Part shown: positions 1-12,200 of the stretch, piece by piece
How the letters are laid out: each line of letters starts with the position of its first letter
Numbering within the stretch: the stretch's first letter is position 1
Source: Nemertoderma westbladi
Taxonomy: Eukaryota; Animalia; Xenacoelomorpha
NCBI GenBank assembly: GCA_032718475.1
Contig: JAUCBJ010003817.1
Span: 1 to 46,471, forward strand
Direction: 5' to 3'
DNA length: 46,471 bases
Made by a program: the position numbers and the translations under genes
Notes under the pieces: generated by a model
The model's input: only the letters and a program-made list of their open reading frames with translations
Databases searched by the model: none
Told to the model about the DNA's origin: nothing

Positions 1-44
1 AGTTCCTCTCATGGAGTGGTCGCGAATTATCCATTCCAGCTGAA

Positions 45-2609
45 ATGATTTTAACCAAACCTAAAATGACATCTTACGTTTCTGAAGAACCAGCCGCCAT
101 CTGTGTAGATAGTGTTTTATCCAATCGAGGTGTTAAAGTGCAGTATTGTCGCTATTGTACTCTTCCACAGACTAACCTGGTAAGACATTTCAAGCAAATA
201 CATAGTGAAGAGTCGCATGTTAATCAATTAATTGATATTGATAAAGGAATTGAATTCAAGAAAAAGAGAAAGCAATTCTCTTTAGCTGAGCAAACACTTT
301 TCAAGAAAAGACAGGATATTATTGAACTTCTTCGCAATGAGGGTAATTTCAAGCATAATAACAGTGTGCGAAAGCATGGGGCAGGAATCATTGCTGTAAA
401 AAGGCGAGATGGTCATATAAAAAATTCAAACGCAATAATACAATCCACAAGTACAGATCAAGTAACAAGTTGCCCATTTTGTAAGGCCTCTTTTCGTTCG
501 CATCAGCTGAGTCTGCATTCGAAAAAATGTACATTAAAACCTGCTGGTGCATCTCATGTGGGATCCTTAATCGCTGGTCGCGCTTTAGATATGGTCCAGT
601 TTGATGAGAGCAGTGAACTTCGCTCCTTATATGCCAGCATGCGCCAGGATGTAATACTTGATATACTCAAGAGTGACACATCATTTGTCGAGTTGGCTAA
701 ATTTTTTCTAAAGAGAAGAAGAGATGGTGATGAGAGTCTTTCATCTTCCCAACAGACCTTAAGACGCTTGGCTCGGTTGTTGAACTTACTGCAAAGAGAT
801 AATTTTCGATTCCAGGCGCAGGATATGATAAATCCTGCAAATTTTGATAGGGTCTCTGATTGTGTTACTTTAAACTTTGTAAAGGCCACACAGCTGAAAA
901 TCGGTTATAACTTAAAGGCCCTCGCTGGTGTGATTCATTGTAATGCAATCAAAACAAACAATACTATGATGCAAACACGGTCAACTGATTTCTTGACGCT
1001 GTATGAGAAGGAATGGGGGTCTATAGTGTCGCGGCGTGCCCGGCATGGAATTATAAAAGAACGGTTTAATAAAGTTCAAACCATACCACTAACTGAAGAT
1101 ATTGTATTATTTCACAAACGAGTCAATGAAGATATTCTTAAAATATCGTCCATGGATAAAGAATGTCGAAATTATAGACATACGCAGGAGATAGTTCTTG
1201 CTCAAATTATCATCTTCAACAGCAAGCGAGCTAGTGAACCAGGTGGCATTAAATGCCACACAGTCTTAAATGGTCTAAATAGGGACCCCACTGCTCAAAC
1301 ACCCAAGGAGGTTATCTCCAAATTATCAGACATTGAAAAACAGCTTATTAAACGGATTGGCACGATAACAATATTGGGGAAGCAAGGAAGACCAGTTCCG
1401 ATCCTAATAACACCACAGGTACGAATTCTGTTGCTATACCTTTGCGAGAATTTGGATGACAATGAATATGTCTTCAAGTCTACTGGCGCTAATCCAATAA
1501 GAGGGCTGGATATATTGCACAAATATGCTTATCGTTATGAATTAAAACAACCTGAATTGATCAGAAGCACAATATTAAGAAAGTACTGCGCCACTGTCTG
1601 CCAATTATTAAACTTAGATGAAAATGAGAAAGATTGGCTGAGCCGACATTTGGGGCACTCACCCATGATACACCAACAAGTTTACAGACTCCACGACAAT
1701 GTCATTGAAATCAGCCAAATATCGAAAGTCATGCTCGCCATTAGTAAAGGAAAACTAAACAAATCCGCTGGTAAAAAGATGACAGAAATCTCATTAGAAG
1801 ATGTGTTGTCCGATATAGAGGATGAAGACGAACAGGTTCGAAATGGAGAAGAGATACCTGATGAAACTGAAGAGGTTCCAAGTATAGTTCACAGTATAGA
1901 TCGCGAGGAAGACGGAAAGATAAATGTAGATGAATATGATGTCCTAAATGAATTCGAGAGGGAGGTTGGTAATACTAATATAATTGGAATTTGTGCACTG
2001 TCAGAAAGATTGTATCACTAAGAAAATATAAATTGATAGAAGATTTAATAGAAAATATTTGAAACTAATACAATATTAACAAATTTAACGATCTCAGTCA
2101 GAAGCAATTATTGGTTCTTTAAAAATTTAAAACCAGACAAAAATTCACTTCAGTTCAAAAATATTAAAATTTTGAAACCCAGGGATGCCTTAGAAAATCA
2201 TATTATATAGTTTCGCACTTACCATTACAATGATATTAAGGATGAGTTTTGTTATAGTCTTTCTAATTAGATTCGAATAATCTTATTTTTCTATAAATAG
2301 GTTGGGGTTACCAGTGGTGTTGGAGAAGAGAATATATCGCCTATGTTGAATGATGGTTGCCAAAAAGAGAAGTTGCCTAGGTCTACAAAGAAGCGTAGGG
2401 AGAAATCAAAACCGATGGAAAAGCGAAATTGGTCCAAGAAAGAGTTAAAGACAATAGAGAGGTGCTTTGAGAAAAACCTACTTAATATGACGCCGCCCAA
2501 AAAGGAGGAAATAGAGCAAATTCAAAGAGAGCACAGTATTCTTGGTAGTATCCCATGGCGGCATATTTACCATCAAATATATAACCGAATCAGGAAACGT
2601 AAAAGATAA
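45..2609 (+). CDS. Tyrosine-recombinase (phage-integrase fold)-like protein with N-terminal Cys/His zinc-finger-like motifs and a C-terminal Myb/SANT-like exon; probably transposon-encoded. Proposed exons <=45..1964 and 2301..2609
   Basis: The 658-aa ORF has YR-like catalytic residues in order: FNSKRASE (R), LGKQGRPVP (K), RSTILRKY (R), LGHS (H), QVYR (Y). It also has CRYC..HFKQIH and CPFC..HSKKC motifs. Donor GAG|GTTGGT at 1965 and acceptor TTTTCTATAAATAG| at 2300 join in phase 0 to the 2343..2609 ORF (RNWSKKELKTIERCF...PW..IY..IYN). The frame is open back to the window edge, so the true start may lie upstream. Confidence 0.75.
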
Positions 2610-3246
2610 ATTAATTAACCATTAACTGTAACGTGATAAAAATAAATACTGCCTATTATTGTTGTTCAAAATTACCATGTCAGTCACATGAAGTTTAGTA
2701 TTCGACTCTGAATAATATCAATAAATGTTATTAAGCCATCATACTTAACCCTATTTAACCCGGAGGATGTGGGGGGTAATACGACCCGTGGTTTTATCAA
2801 TTATGTTTCTCAATCAAACAGAGTTCGGAATCTGAACTTACAACTTTTCAAAAAAAAAACCTTTTCCAGATATAGAACTTATGAATTGTACCATACCGTC
2901 ATCTCTATTTTTTGTCCACGGACTTGGGGGGTTCAGAATTCTTCGGAAAAATGTACTAGAGATTTGAAACTTGTTATTATTCTGGTGTTAAATTTTGGTG
3001 TTAGTACCAAATTTGAGCCCCAATTGAAAATCATCTGTTCTGAATCCAACGGAATGAATAAAAAAAGGAACTGGACATCTCAAAGTGCAAAAAGTGATGG
3101 TTACTTGTTTATTTTGTCATACAGTATTGTACCTACGTAGAGTCCTAAAACGATATTTATAGTAATTCAATGATTTTAAATTGCCTTTTTCATCGTCCCA
3201 AAAACAGTTTAACTTTTATATATTTTCATTATGTGATTTTTGTTCA

Positions 3247-3635
3247 TTATAACTGCCAAAATTTTCACACTTAGGTTAGCACTATATTCAATTTACTCTT
3301 AAAATATTATACTGCTAACATTTACACAGTGCAGTTAGCACTATAGTAACTTTATTTTTATAATATTATACTGCTAACATTTACACACAAAGTTAGCACT
3401 ATAGAAGATTCTGCCAATATATTGATGCACACATGAGACGCTAGGGGGCGCATCGCAATTTACACATACACATGTCCGAGTTTGCAAAACCTTTAAAGTG
3501 CTAACAGCCAAACTGAAAGCAAATTTGCACCAATCATGTCTTTAGAATTCATTTGGCAGGTTTGGTTAGCACTTTATGTTAGCACTTTAAAAAAGTTAGC
3601 ACTTTAGCCTAAAAAGCTGCTGTGTAGTTAGACCT
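3247..3635. repeat. Cluster of GTTAGCACT / (AG)TGCTAAC motifs, including three degenerate ~59-bp units; candidate end of the recombinase element
   Basis: GTTAGCACT occurs at 3275, 3334, 3392, 3565, 3578 and 3595. Inverted TGCTAAC occurs at 3313 and 3372, and AGTGCTAAC at 3497. Confidence 0.75.
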
Positions 3636-4248
3636 TTAGGGGTTCTACAAACACCCCCCCCCCCCCCCCCCCCCCCCCTTACACACACACACCCACACTC
3701 AAACACACACCCGCATACACAGTCAGGTAATAATGGTCACTTATGTCAATAGGACCGTGAACCAATAATTAACAGTTAAAGTTTAAACTTGTAAACCGAA
3801 ATGTTTTTAAATCTAATAGGCCAAGCTATTTATGTGGTTTAAAGTAACTTTTTTAACCAATGTTAATTATATCATACATTTCAACTAGAACTCGTCTCTT
3901 ATATTTCCAATCTATTTTCTGAATCAATGCAGGTTTCTAGCCAAAGCATCCTTATCGTGGGCAGGAACTGTTAACACTGCAATTGTTATATACTTTAAAG
4001 ATCTACAAAGTGGCTTACATTCCCTTTTGAACTGAATTGTAAGTTGTGGACAATTAATTAGGCCGTTCAGATCCCCAAAAAACAATTGCTGTATATCGAA
4101 CTTACAAACCCGTTTCACACCATCATCGATGTATCCCAGTAACATAGTTTCTAATATAAAATATAGATCATAAAATAACAACTATAGGCCAAGTTCTGTT
4201 TGAATTTCCCTTCTAATATCTGCAAATAATAATCTGTAAAGTAGTAGT

Positions 4249-5618
4249 GTATGAGAGGATTGACGGTGTTTTAGGTGTCAATCCTCTCACTCAGAATGTA
4301 TGAGAGGATTGACATTATTAATAATAACAGTCAATTCTCTCACTCACAAACTTATATATGTATGAGAGGATTGACGGTGTTTCAGGTGTCAATCCTATCA
4401 CTCAGAATGTGTGAGAGGATTGACATTATTAATAATAACAGTCAATCCTCTCACTCACAAACTTATATATGTATGAGAGGATTGACGGTGTTTCAGGTGT
4501 CAATCCTCTCACTCAGAATGTGTGAGAGGATTGACATTATTAATAATAACAGTCAATCCTCTCACTCACAAACTTATATATGTATGAGAGGATTGACTGT
4601 ATTTTAGGTGTCAATCCTCTCACTCAGAATGTGTGAGAGGATTGACATTATTAATAATAACAGTCAATCCTCTCACTCACAAACTTATATATGTATGAGA
4701 GGATTGATGGTGTTTTAGGTGTCAATCCTCTCGCTCAGAATGTGTGAGAGGATTGACATTATTAATAATAACAGTCAATCATCCTCTCACTCACAAACTT
4801 ATATATGTATGAGAGGATTGAATGTATTTTAGGTGTCAATCCTATCACTCAGAATGTGTGAGAGGATTGACATTATTAATAATAACAGTCAATCCTCTCA
4901 CTCACAAACTTATATATGTATGAGAGGATTGACGGTGTTTTGGGTGTCAATCCTCTCACTCAGAATGTGTGAGAGGATTGACATTATTAATAATAACAGT
5001 CAATCCTCTCACTCACAAACTTATTTATGTATGAGAGGATTGACTGTATTTTAGGTGTCAATCCTCTCACTCACAAACTTATTTATGTTTGAGAGGATTG
5101 AAAATATTAATAATAACAGTCAATCCTCTCACTCACAAACTTATATATGTATGAGAGGATTGATGGTGTTTTAGGTGTCAATCCTCTCGCTCAGAATGTG
5201 TGAGAGGATTGACATTATTAATAATAACAGTCAATCCTCTCACTCACAAACTTATATATGTATGAGAGGATTGACGGTGTTTTGGGTGTCAATCCTCTCA
5301 CTCAGAATGTGTGAGAGGATTGACATTATTAATAATAACAGTCAATCCTCTCACTCACAAACTTATATATGTATGAGAGGATTGACGGTGTTTTGGGTGT
5401 CAATCCTCTCACTCAGAATGTGTGAGAGGATTGACATTATTAATAATAACAGTCATTCCTCTCACTCACAAACTTATATATTTATGAGAGGATTGACTGT
5501 ATTTTAGGTGTCAATCCTCTCACTCACAAACTTATTTATGTTTGAGAGGATTGAAAATATTAATAATAACAGTCAATCCTCTCACTCACAAACTTATTTA
5601 TGTGCGAGAGGATTGACA
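4249..5618. repeat. 111-bp tandem satellite made of alternating inverted 13-bp arms (TGAGAGGATTGAC / GTCAATCCTCTCA), about 12 units
   Basis: Each unit is 4 arms plus fixed spacers of 12, 11, 16 and 20 bp (total 111), which explains the 37-aa periodic ORFs. Confidence 0.95.
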
Positions 5619-6119
5619 GACAACATCATGCCATTCCTTTCTCTCAAACTATCCTGTGTGTTTCGTAACGTGTGCATTCAGTATACAGGTTTATATTAAT
5701 GTCATTTTCAGCGACTTGTTCTTCTGGTGATATTCCTGTGTTTCCAACCAAGAATTGGTATAGAAATATAGAATTGGTACCAGAGTTATTTGAGAACTTC
5801 TTAATTCTATACGAATTTAACACAACAGGATAAACCTCCATAACAGGATAACAAATCTTAATAGAATTATTTGAACCTAGTATAACGAATTGTATTTTAG
5901 TCGGCATAATATGTGTGAAACATTCTACGAACTTATTAGATTTGGTATTCAGAATGAATGTGTCGGTAACCTCCTTTGTATTGCATGGTTCATCACTCTA
6001 ACATTTTCGAATGCATTACAAATACTTGAAATATCCACTGTATTTACACATGCCTTACAAATGTGTGTTATTATATGGTCTATACGGTCTATATGGTCTA
6101 TAATTATTTTGATCTATAG

Positions 6120-6243
6120 AATGGTTGCCAATCAACTTAAGAGAGGTGAGCCTGTTGAAGCTGAAACTTATGATTGTGTAACGATATATTTTAGTGATAT
6201 TGTTGGATTTACTAAACTTAGTTCGGAATCAGCACCAATGCAG
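6120..6243 (+). CDS. GC-A exon ([41 protein letters not shown])
   Basis: CTATAG| acceptor, CAG|GTAGGT donor, DIVGF motif. Confidence 0.92.
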
Positions 6244-9200
6244 GTAGGTTGCTTTTAAATTACCTTTTACAGAACCATCTATTGTTCTTAAACCGATAAT
6301 AAGCTGGGGATTAACATAAGGACGTATAAGTTCAAGAGATGACGAATTACAGTAACTTTTGTCCTACCTAACCAGCCAATAGTGTGCGAATTACAGTAAA
6401 TTTTGTCCTACCTAACCAGCCAATAGTGTGCGAATTACAGTAACTTTTGTCCTACCTAACCAGCCAATAGTGTGCGAATTACAGTAAATTTTGTCCTACC
6501 TAACCAGCCAATAGTGTGCGAATTACAGTAAATTTTGTCCTACCTAACCAGCCAATAGTGTGCGAATTACAGTAACTTTTGTCCTACCTAACCAGCCAAT
6601 AGTGTGCGAATTACAGTAAATTTTGTCCTACCTAACCAGCCAATAGTGTGCGAATTACAGTAACTTTTGTCCTACCTAACCAGCCAATAGTGTGCGAATT
6701 ACAGTAACTTTTGTCCTACCTAACCAGCCAATAGTGTGCGAATTACAGTAACTTTTATCCTACCTAACCAGCCAATAGTGTGCGAATTACAGTAACTTTT
6801 GTCCTACCTAACCAGCCAATAGTGTGCGAATTACAGTAAATTTTGTCCTACCTAACCAGCCAATAGTGTGCGAATTACAGTAACTTTTGTCCTACCTAAC
6901 CAGCCAATAGTGTGCGAATTACAGTAAATTTTGTCCTACCTAACCAGCCAATAGTGTGCGAATTACAGTAACTTTTGTCCTACCTAACCAGCCAATAGTG
7001 TGCGAATTACAGTAACTTTTGTCCTACCTAACCAGCCAATAGTGTGCGAATTACAGTAACTTTTGTCCTACCTAACCAGCCAATAGTGTGCGAATTACAG
7101 TAACTTTTATCCTACCTAACCAGCCAATAGTGTGCGAATTACAGTAACTTTTGTCCTACCTAACCAGCCAATAGTGTGCGAATTACAGTAACTTTTGTCC
7201 TACCTAACCAGCCAATAGTGTGCGAATTACAGTAAATTTTGTCCTACCTAACCAGCCAATAGTGTGCGAATTACAGTAAATTTTGTCCTACCTAACCAGC
7301 CAATAGTGTGCGAATTACAGTAAATTTTGTCCTACCTAACCAGCCAATAGTGTGCGAATTACAGTAAATTTTGTCCTACCTAACCAGCCAATAGTGTGCG
7401 AATTACAGTAACTTTTATCCTACCTAACCAGCCAATAGTGTGCGAATTACAGTAACTTTTGTCCTACCTAACCAGCCAATAGTGTGCGAATTACAGTAAA
7501 TTTTGTCCTACCTAACCAGCCAATAGTGTGCGAATTACAGTAACTTTTGTCCTACCTAACCAGCCAATAGTGTGCGAATTACAGTAAATTTTGTCCTACC
7601 TAACCAGCCAATAGTGTGCGAATTACAGTAAATTTTGTCCTACCTAACCAGCCAATAGTGTGCGAATTACAGTAACTTTTGTCCTACCTAACCAGCCAAT
7701 AGTGTGCGAATTACAGTAACTTTTGTCCTACCTAACCAGCCAATAGTGTGCGAATTACAGTAACTTTTATCCTACCTAACCAGCCAATAGTGTGCGAATT
7801 ACAGTAACTTTTGTCCTACCTAACCAGCCAATAGTGTGCGAATTACAGTAAATTTTGTCCTACCTAACCAGCCAATAGTGTGCGAATTACAGTAAATTTT
7901 GTCCTACCTAACCAGCCAATAGTGTGCGAATTACAGTAACTTTTGTCCTACCTAACCAGCCAATAGTGTGCGAATTACAGTAACTTTTGTCCTACCTAAC
8001 CAGCCAATAGTGTGCGAATTACAGTAACTTTTGTCCTACCTAACCAGCCAATAGTGTGCGAATTACAGTAACTTTTATCCTACCTAACCAGCCAATAGTG
8101 TGCGAATTACAGTAACTTTTGTCCTACCTAACCAGCCAATAGTGTGCGAATTACAGTAACTTTTGTCCTACCTAACCAGCCAATAGTGTGCGAATTACAG
8201 TAACTTGTGTCATACCTAACCAGCCAGTAGTGTTCCAATACAAGGTACTGGTATATATTGAGATTGCTATTGTATAAAATTGAATTCAAAAACTATTCAT
8301 TATTTCCATAGGTTGTTGCGTTTCTCAATGACCTTTATACATGCTTTGATTCTATAGCCCACAAACATGATGTCTACAAAGTTGAAACTATTGGTGATGC
8401 TTACATGGTTGTGAGTGGTTTACCTGGTAGAAATGGAAATTTGCATGCAGGTGAGAACATAGTGCTTCTTACTAATATTATTACAACGCTGTTTTTAACT
8501 AACACTCACAATTAGACAGAATCCAAATTACCAAAGGCGATTTCACATGTGTGAAGGTGAAGGAAATCAATATGGAAGTTATAAAAATGAAGAAAGAAGA
8601 TGGATCTCTGGGTATTCAGTCATACAAATACAACAACACAAATACAGCATCGACTTTCATATTTCCATATCAAATAATGACCTTGCTGGACTTCGATTTC
8701 CTTGTCCAAGAAGACGTGGAGCTAAGACTACCGAAATACGGGACAGGGACGAGGGACACCCCATGTCATAAAAGCTGCATCTAATAAAGTTAAATATTAA
8801 AGTTGTTATTTCAATGTTATATTTCAGGAGAGATTGCAACTATGTCACTTGCTCTTTTGGAAGCAATTAAAACATTTAAAATTCAACACAAACCAGAGGA
8901 AATACTGAAACTGAGAATTGGAATCCATTCTGGTAAGAACAAATAAGAACAAAATGCTGTCTGTGTTCATAACAGAACATTGAGTAATTTTTTGAGATTT
9001 TCAGGGATTTAGCTTAGGTTTCCATGCAACCATTTTTAAACTATTAACTTAAAATTATTAGATGAACCCCGTAACTCCATTATTTGCGGATTGGAATAAC
9101 TCTGTAAATCATGGAAAACTTACGGTTGATGTGAAGGGCCATTGTATAAGTGAATTTGATGAGCACGAGATATTAGAGATGAAAAGTCATGCGCACATAA

Positions 9201-12200
9201 TCCAACATCAGGGGAATCTGTGAGCATCTAATTCAAACTATTTATTTAAAACTTATTTAGGCAACAATAAAAAGCGCAAATAACTTAAACTTCATGATTT
9301 GAGAAATCAAGATTCTAAAAAACAGCTGACGTTTCGATTTATTCAACAATAATCATTTTCAAAGCAAAAACAAATACCTGAAAATTAGTGAAAGACAGTA
9401 CTAAATACAAAATACAATAATAAGGATTTTATTGTCGCCTTAATAAGCTTCAGATTCCCACAACTCAAACTCTATCATTTATTTAAAATATAAACAATTA
9501 TTATAGATTTCTTCAGAACGGCAAAAATCAACTTACGGTGATCTGCCTTTTTGCAGAACACCCTGGGCAAATTGGTAAAAGTAACATTATTCTGCTGTAA
9601 ATACAGTACAGTACATTGCGTATTAGTGGTGTTGAGAATCGTATACACTGTACCTGTGGAAATGTAAAATAATATAAACTTATACTCTTTAAACCGTACT
9701 GGAGGTAGGTGGGATAGCTCATTTGGTTGAGCCCCAGGCCTGCAATCTATTGGTTATAGGTTCGAGCCCCGCCAGGGTCCACTTTATGTGAAACCCATTG
9801 AAACTAAATCAAACATTTGGACACAGATCCATTATTGTGAATCGTAAGAGAAGGTAATGTAGTCTCGTATAAGGCAGTGCTTAGGGTGTAATATATTTCA
9901 ACGGGTGCAAGGTACTGCTTCGAATTATTATAAGTATTTTGGCTGAATGAGTGGTTATTATTATTTATTATATATATTATAATACTGTCATAAATTTGTA
10001 AAGTGGACCTGATGGTGGAGACCTCCAGCTTGTGCTCTGGTGCTCTAAACATTCTGATACAAGCTCACATAAATAGTAGACCTGGAAATACCACCTGTAT
10101 TGTCATATTGTATAGGCTGTATGTGTATAAGTACTTCCTCACTGCATCCAAACAAAACTACCAATCATCTACAGCTAGATGTGCAGCAACAACCACTCTG
10201 GCCCTTTTTGAAGTCCCCTAACTTTAAAGTAATTTTTGTCCTGGTTTATTTCGTAGAGAAATGTTTTTTCAACAGTGAACTAGTTACATCTAACTTACAG
10301 ATCTGCTATCATCACAAAGCAATTGGTATTAAATGCCAGCCGTAGCTACTGTATGATGTCATGGGATCTGGGTTGGTAGACTTGTTATGACTTGTTCGGG
10401 GCCCAGATGCCAGGCGAGTTTGTTGTTAACCAGTAGGTTTACAGGACAAAGGAGTTATAATAGTTCTTCTGGGTGTTGGGGATTACTCAGCTACTTTCGT
10501 CTTTAACTTCCTCATATATTGTTAATAAACAGTATAATAGTAAACATAACGCAGATAGATAACTAGCTTATATCCCGAGTCCGGCTAGTGCGGGACAATG
10601 CAATGGTTCCGTACAGGTTAAAAACTGTAAGTCAGTCATTGTTCGTAATAACTATCGGTTTGGCTGCAGAACCTACAGCTAAACAAGTGAGGTACAATAT
10701 CTAATGTACAATACTACTATATAGGTATTCAATCGGGACCGCTGGATAATGGTATCGCAATAATTTTTATTGTCCGTTTAAATCACTCAAGATGTCCTTT
10801 TTTTGACTTTTTATGTCCTCCAGAAATTTACCGTTAGGTTCCATGCTACAGGTTTCTCTACTGCTGTTCTCTCAGGCTATCAGTACCGGTATTAGTATAT
10901 AGAGCACTATTTTGCAGTATTGCTGTATTGTATGTACAGACGTAGGTATAAAGCAGGTATTTTAGGTATTTTAGTACCGGTACCGGCACCGGTACTGCTG
11001 TAGGCCTACCATTTAAATACGGTATTGGTAGGTCTACCGGCTGACCGGTTTGAAATGAATTGAACGGTTGAATTTGTCGAGTAATTATTAATTTATTTAA
11101 TTTGATGCGTAATTACATTGTATTGATATAATTTGACAGGTGAAGAAATTGTATTAATTTTATTTGAAATATAATTTAATTGAATTTATGTAATTTGAAA
11201 TGTAAATCAATAATGCTGTCTCTTTAAGCTGTCCCATTCCCTCAAATGTTCATGACATAGTTTATTGTTATGTTCATGACATAGTTTATTGTTTTGGTTA
11301 GAAAATCCAGCCTGTGTAACCTGCTCCTTTCCCTGATTTGGTAAAGTGACCGTTTATTGTTTTGGTTAGAAAGGCCCGCCTCTGTAACCTGCTCCCTTCC
11401 TTCATTTTGTAAAGTGACTGTTTATTGTTTTGGTTAGAAAATCCCGCCTCTGTAACCTGCCCCTTTCCCTCAATTAGTTAAATGATTGTTTATTGTTTTG
11501 GTTAGATAATCCCGCCTCTGTAACCTGCTCCTTTCCCTCAATTAGTTAAGTGATCGTTTATTCTTTTGGTTAGAAAATCCCGCGTCTGTAACCTGCTCCT
11601 TTCCCTCAATTAGTTAAGTGATCGTTTATTGTTTTGGTTAGGAAATCCCGCCTCTGTAACCTGCTCCTTTCCCTCAATTAGTTAAGTGATCGTTTATTGT
11701 TTTGGTTAGGAAATCCCGCCTCTGTAACCTGCTCCTTTCTCTCAATTGGTAATGTTATCGTTTATTGTTTTGGTTAGAAAAGAGCATCTATGTAACCTGC
11801 TCCGTTCCTTCATTTGGTAAAGTGGTTGCTTATTGTTTTGGTTAGAAAATCCCGCCTCTGTAACCTGCTCCTTTCCCTGATTTGGTAAAGTGACCGTTTA
11901 TTGTTTTGGTTAGAAAGGCTAGCCTCTGTAACCTGCTCCTTTTCTTAATTTGGTAAAGTGACTGTTTATTCATTCATTCATTCATTTGTATTTAATCAAA
12001 TAAAAATTGACATTATTGTTGACATTATGAAATAAAAGTGCTCAGCACGAATAAAAACAGATGATACGCGTAATATAAGTAGATTGCAAATGTGGCATAG
12101 TTCACGAAACAAGGTTATAGAAACATGTCAGGTAAGATACATCATAAACACAAGGAGAATTACAACAGATGTAATAATGATGAGAGACAAGTTACATTCC

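Noticed and set aside
2745-3140. TTAACCCT-starting piggyBac-like MITE and ORF 2769-3140
   Set aside because: No matching right TIR found, and the ORF has no protein-like signal.
4249-5618. CRISPR-like repeat/spacer appearance and ORFs 4275-5699
   Set aside because: The spacers are four fixed recurring sequences, there are no cas genes and the context is eukaryotic; the ORFs are by-products of a 111-bp (3n) unit.
3924-5907. Minus-strand ORFs 3924-4181 and 5644-5907 with acceptor-like 5' ends as a nested antisense gene
   Set aside because: No recognisable domain and no convincing donor linking them; cannot be supported without RNA data.
9707-9781. Genuine tRNA gene (GCA loop)
   Set aside because: The acceptor and anticodon stems pair poorly and it continues into a SINE-like body.
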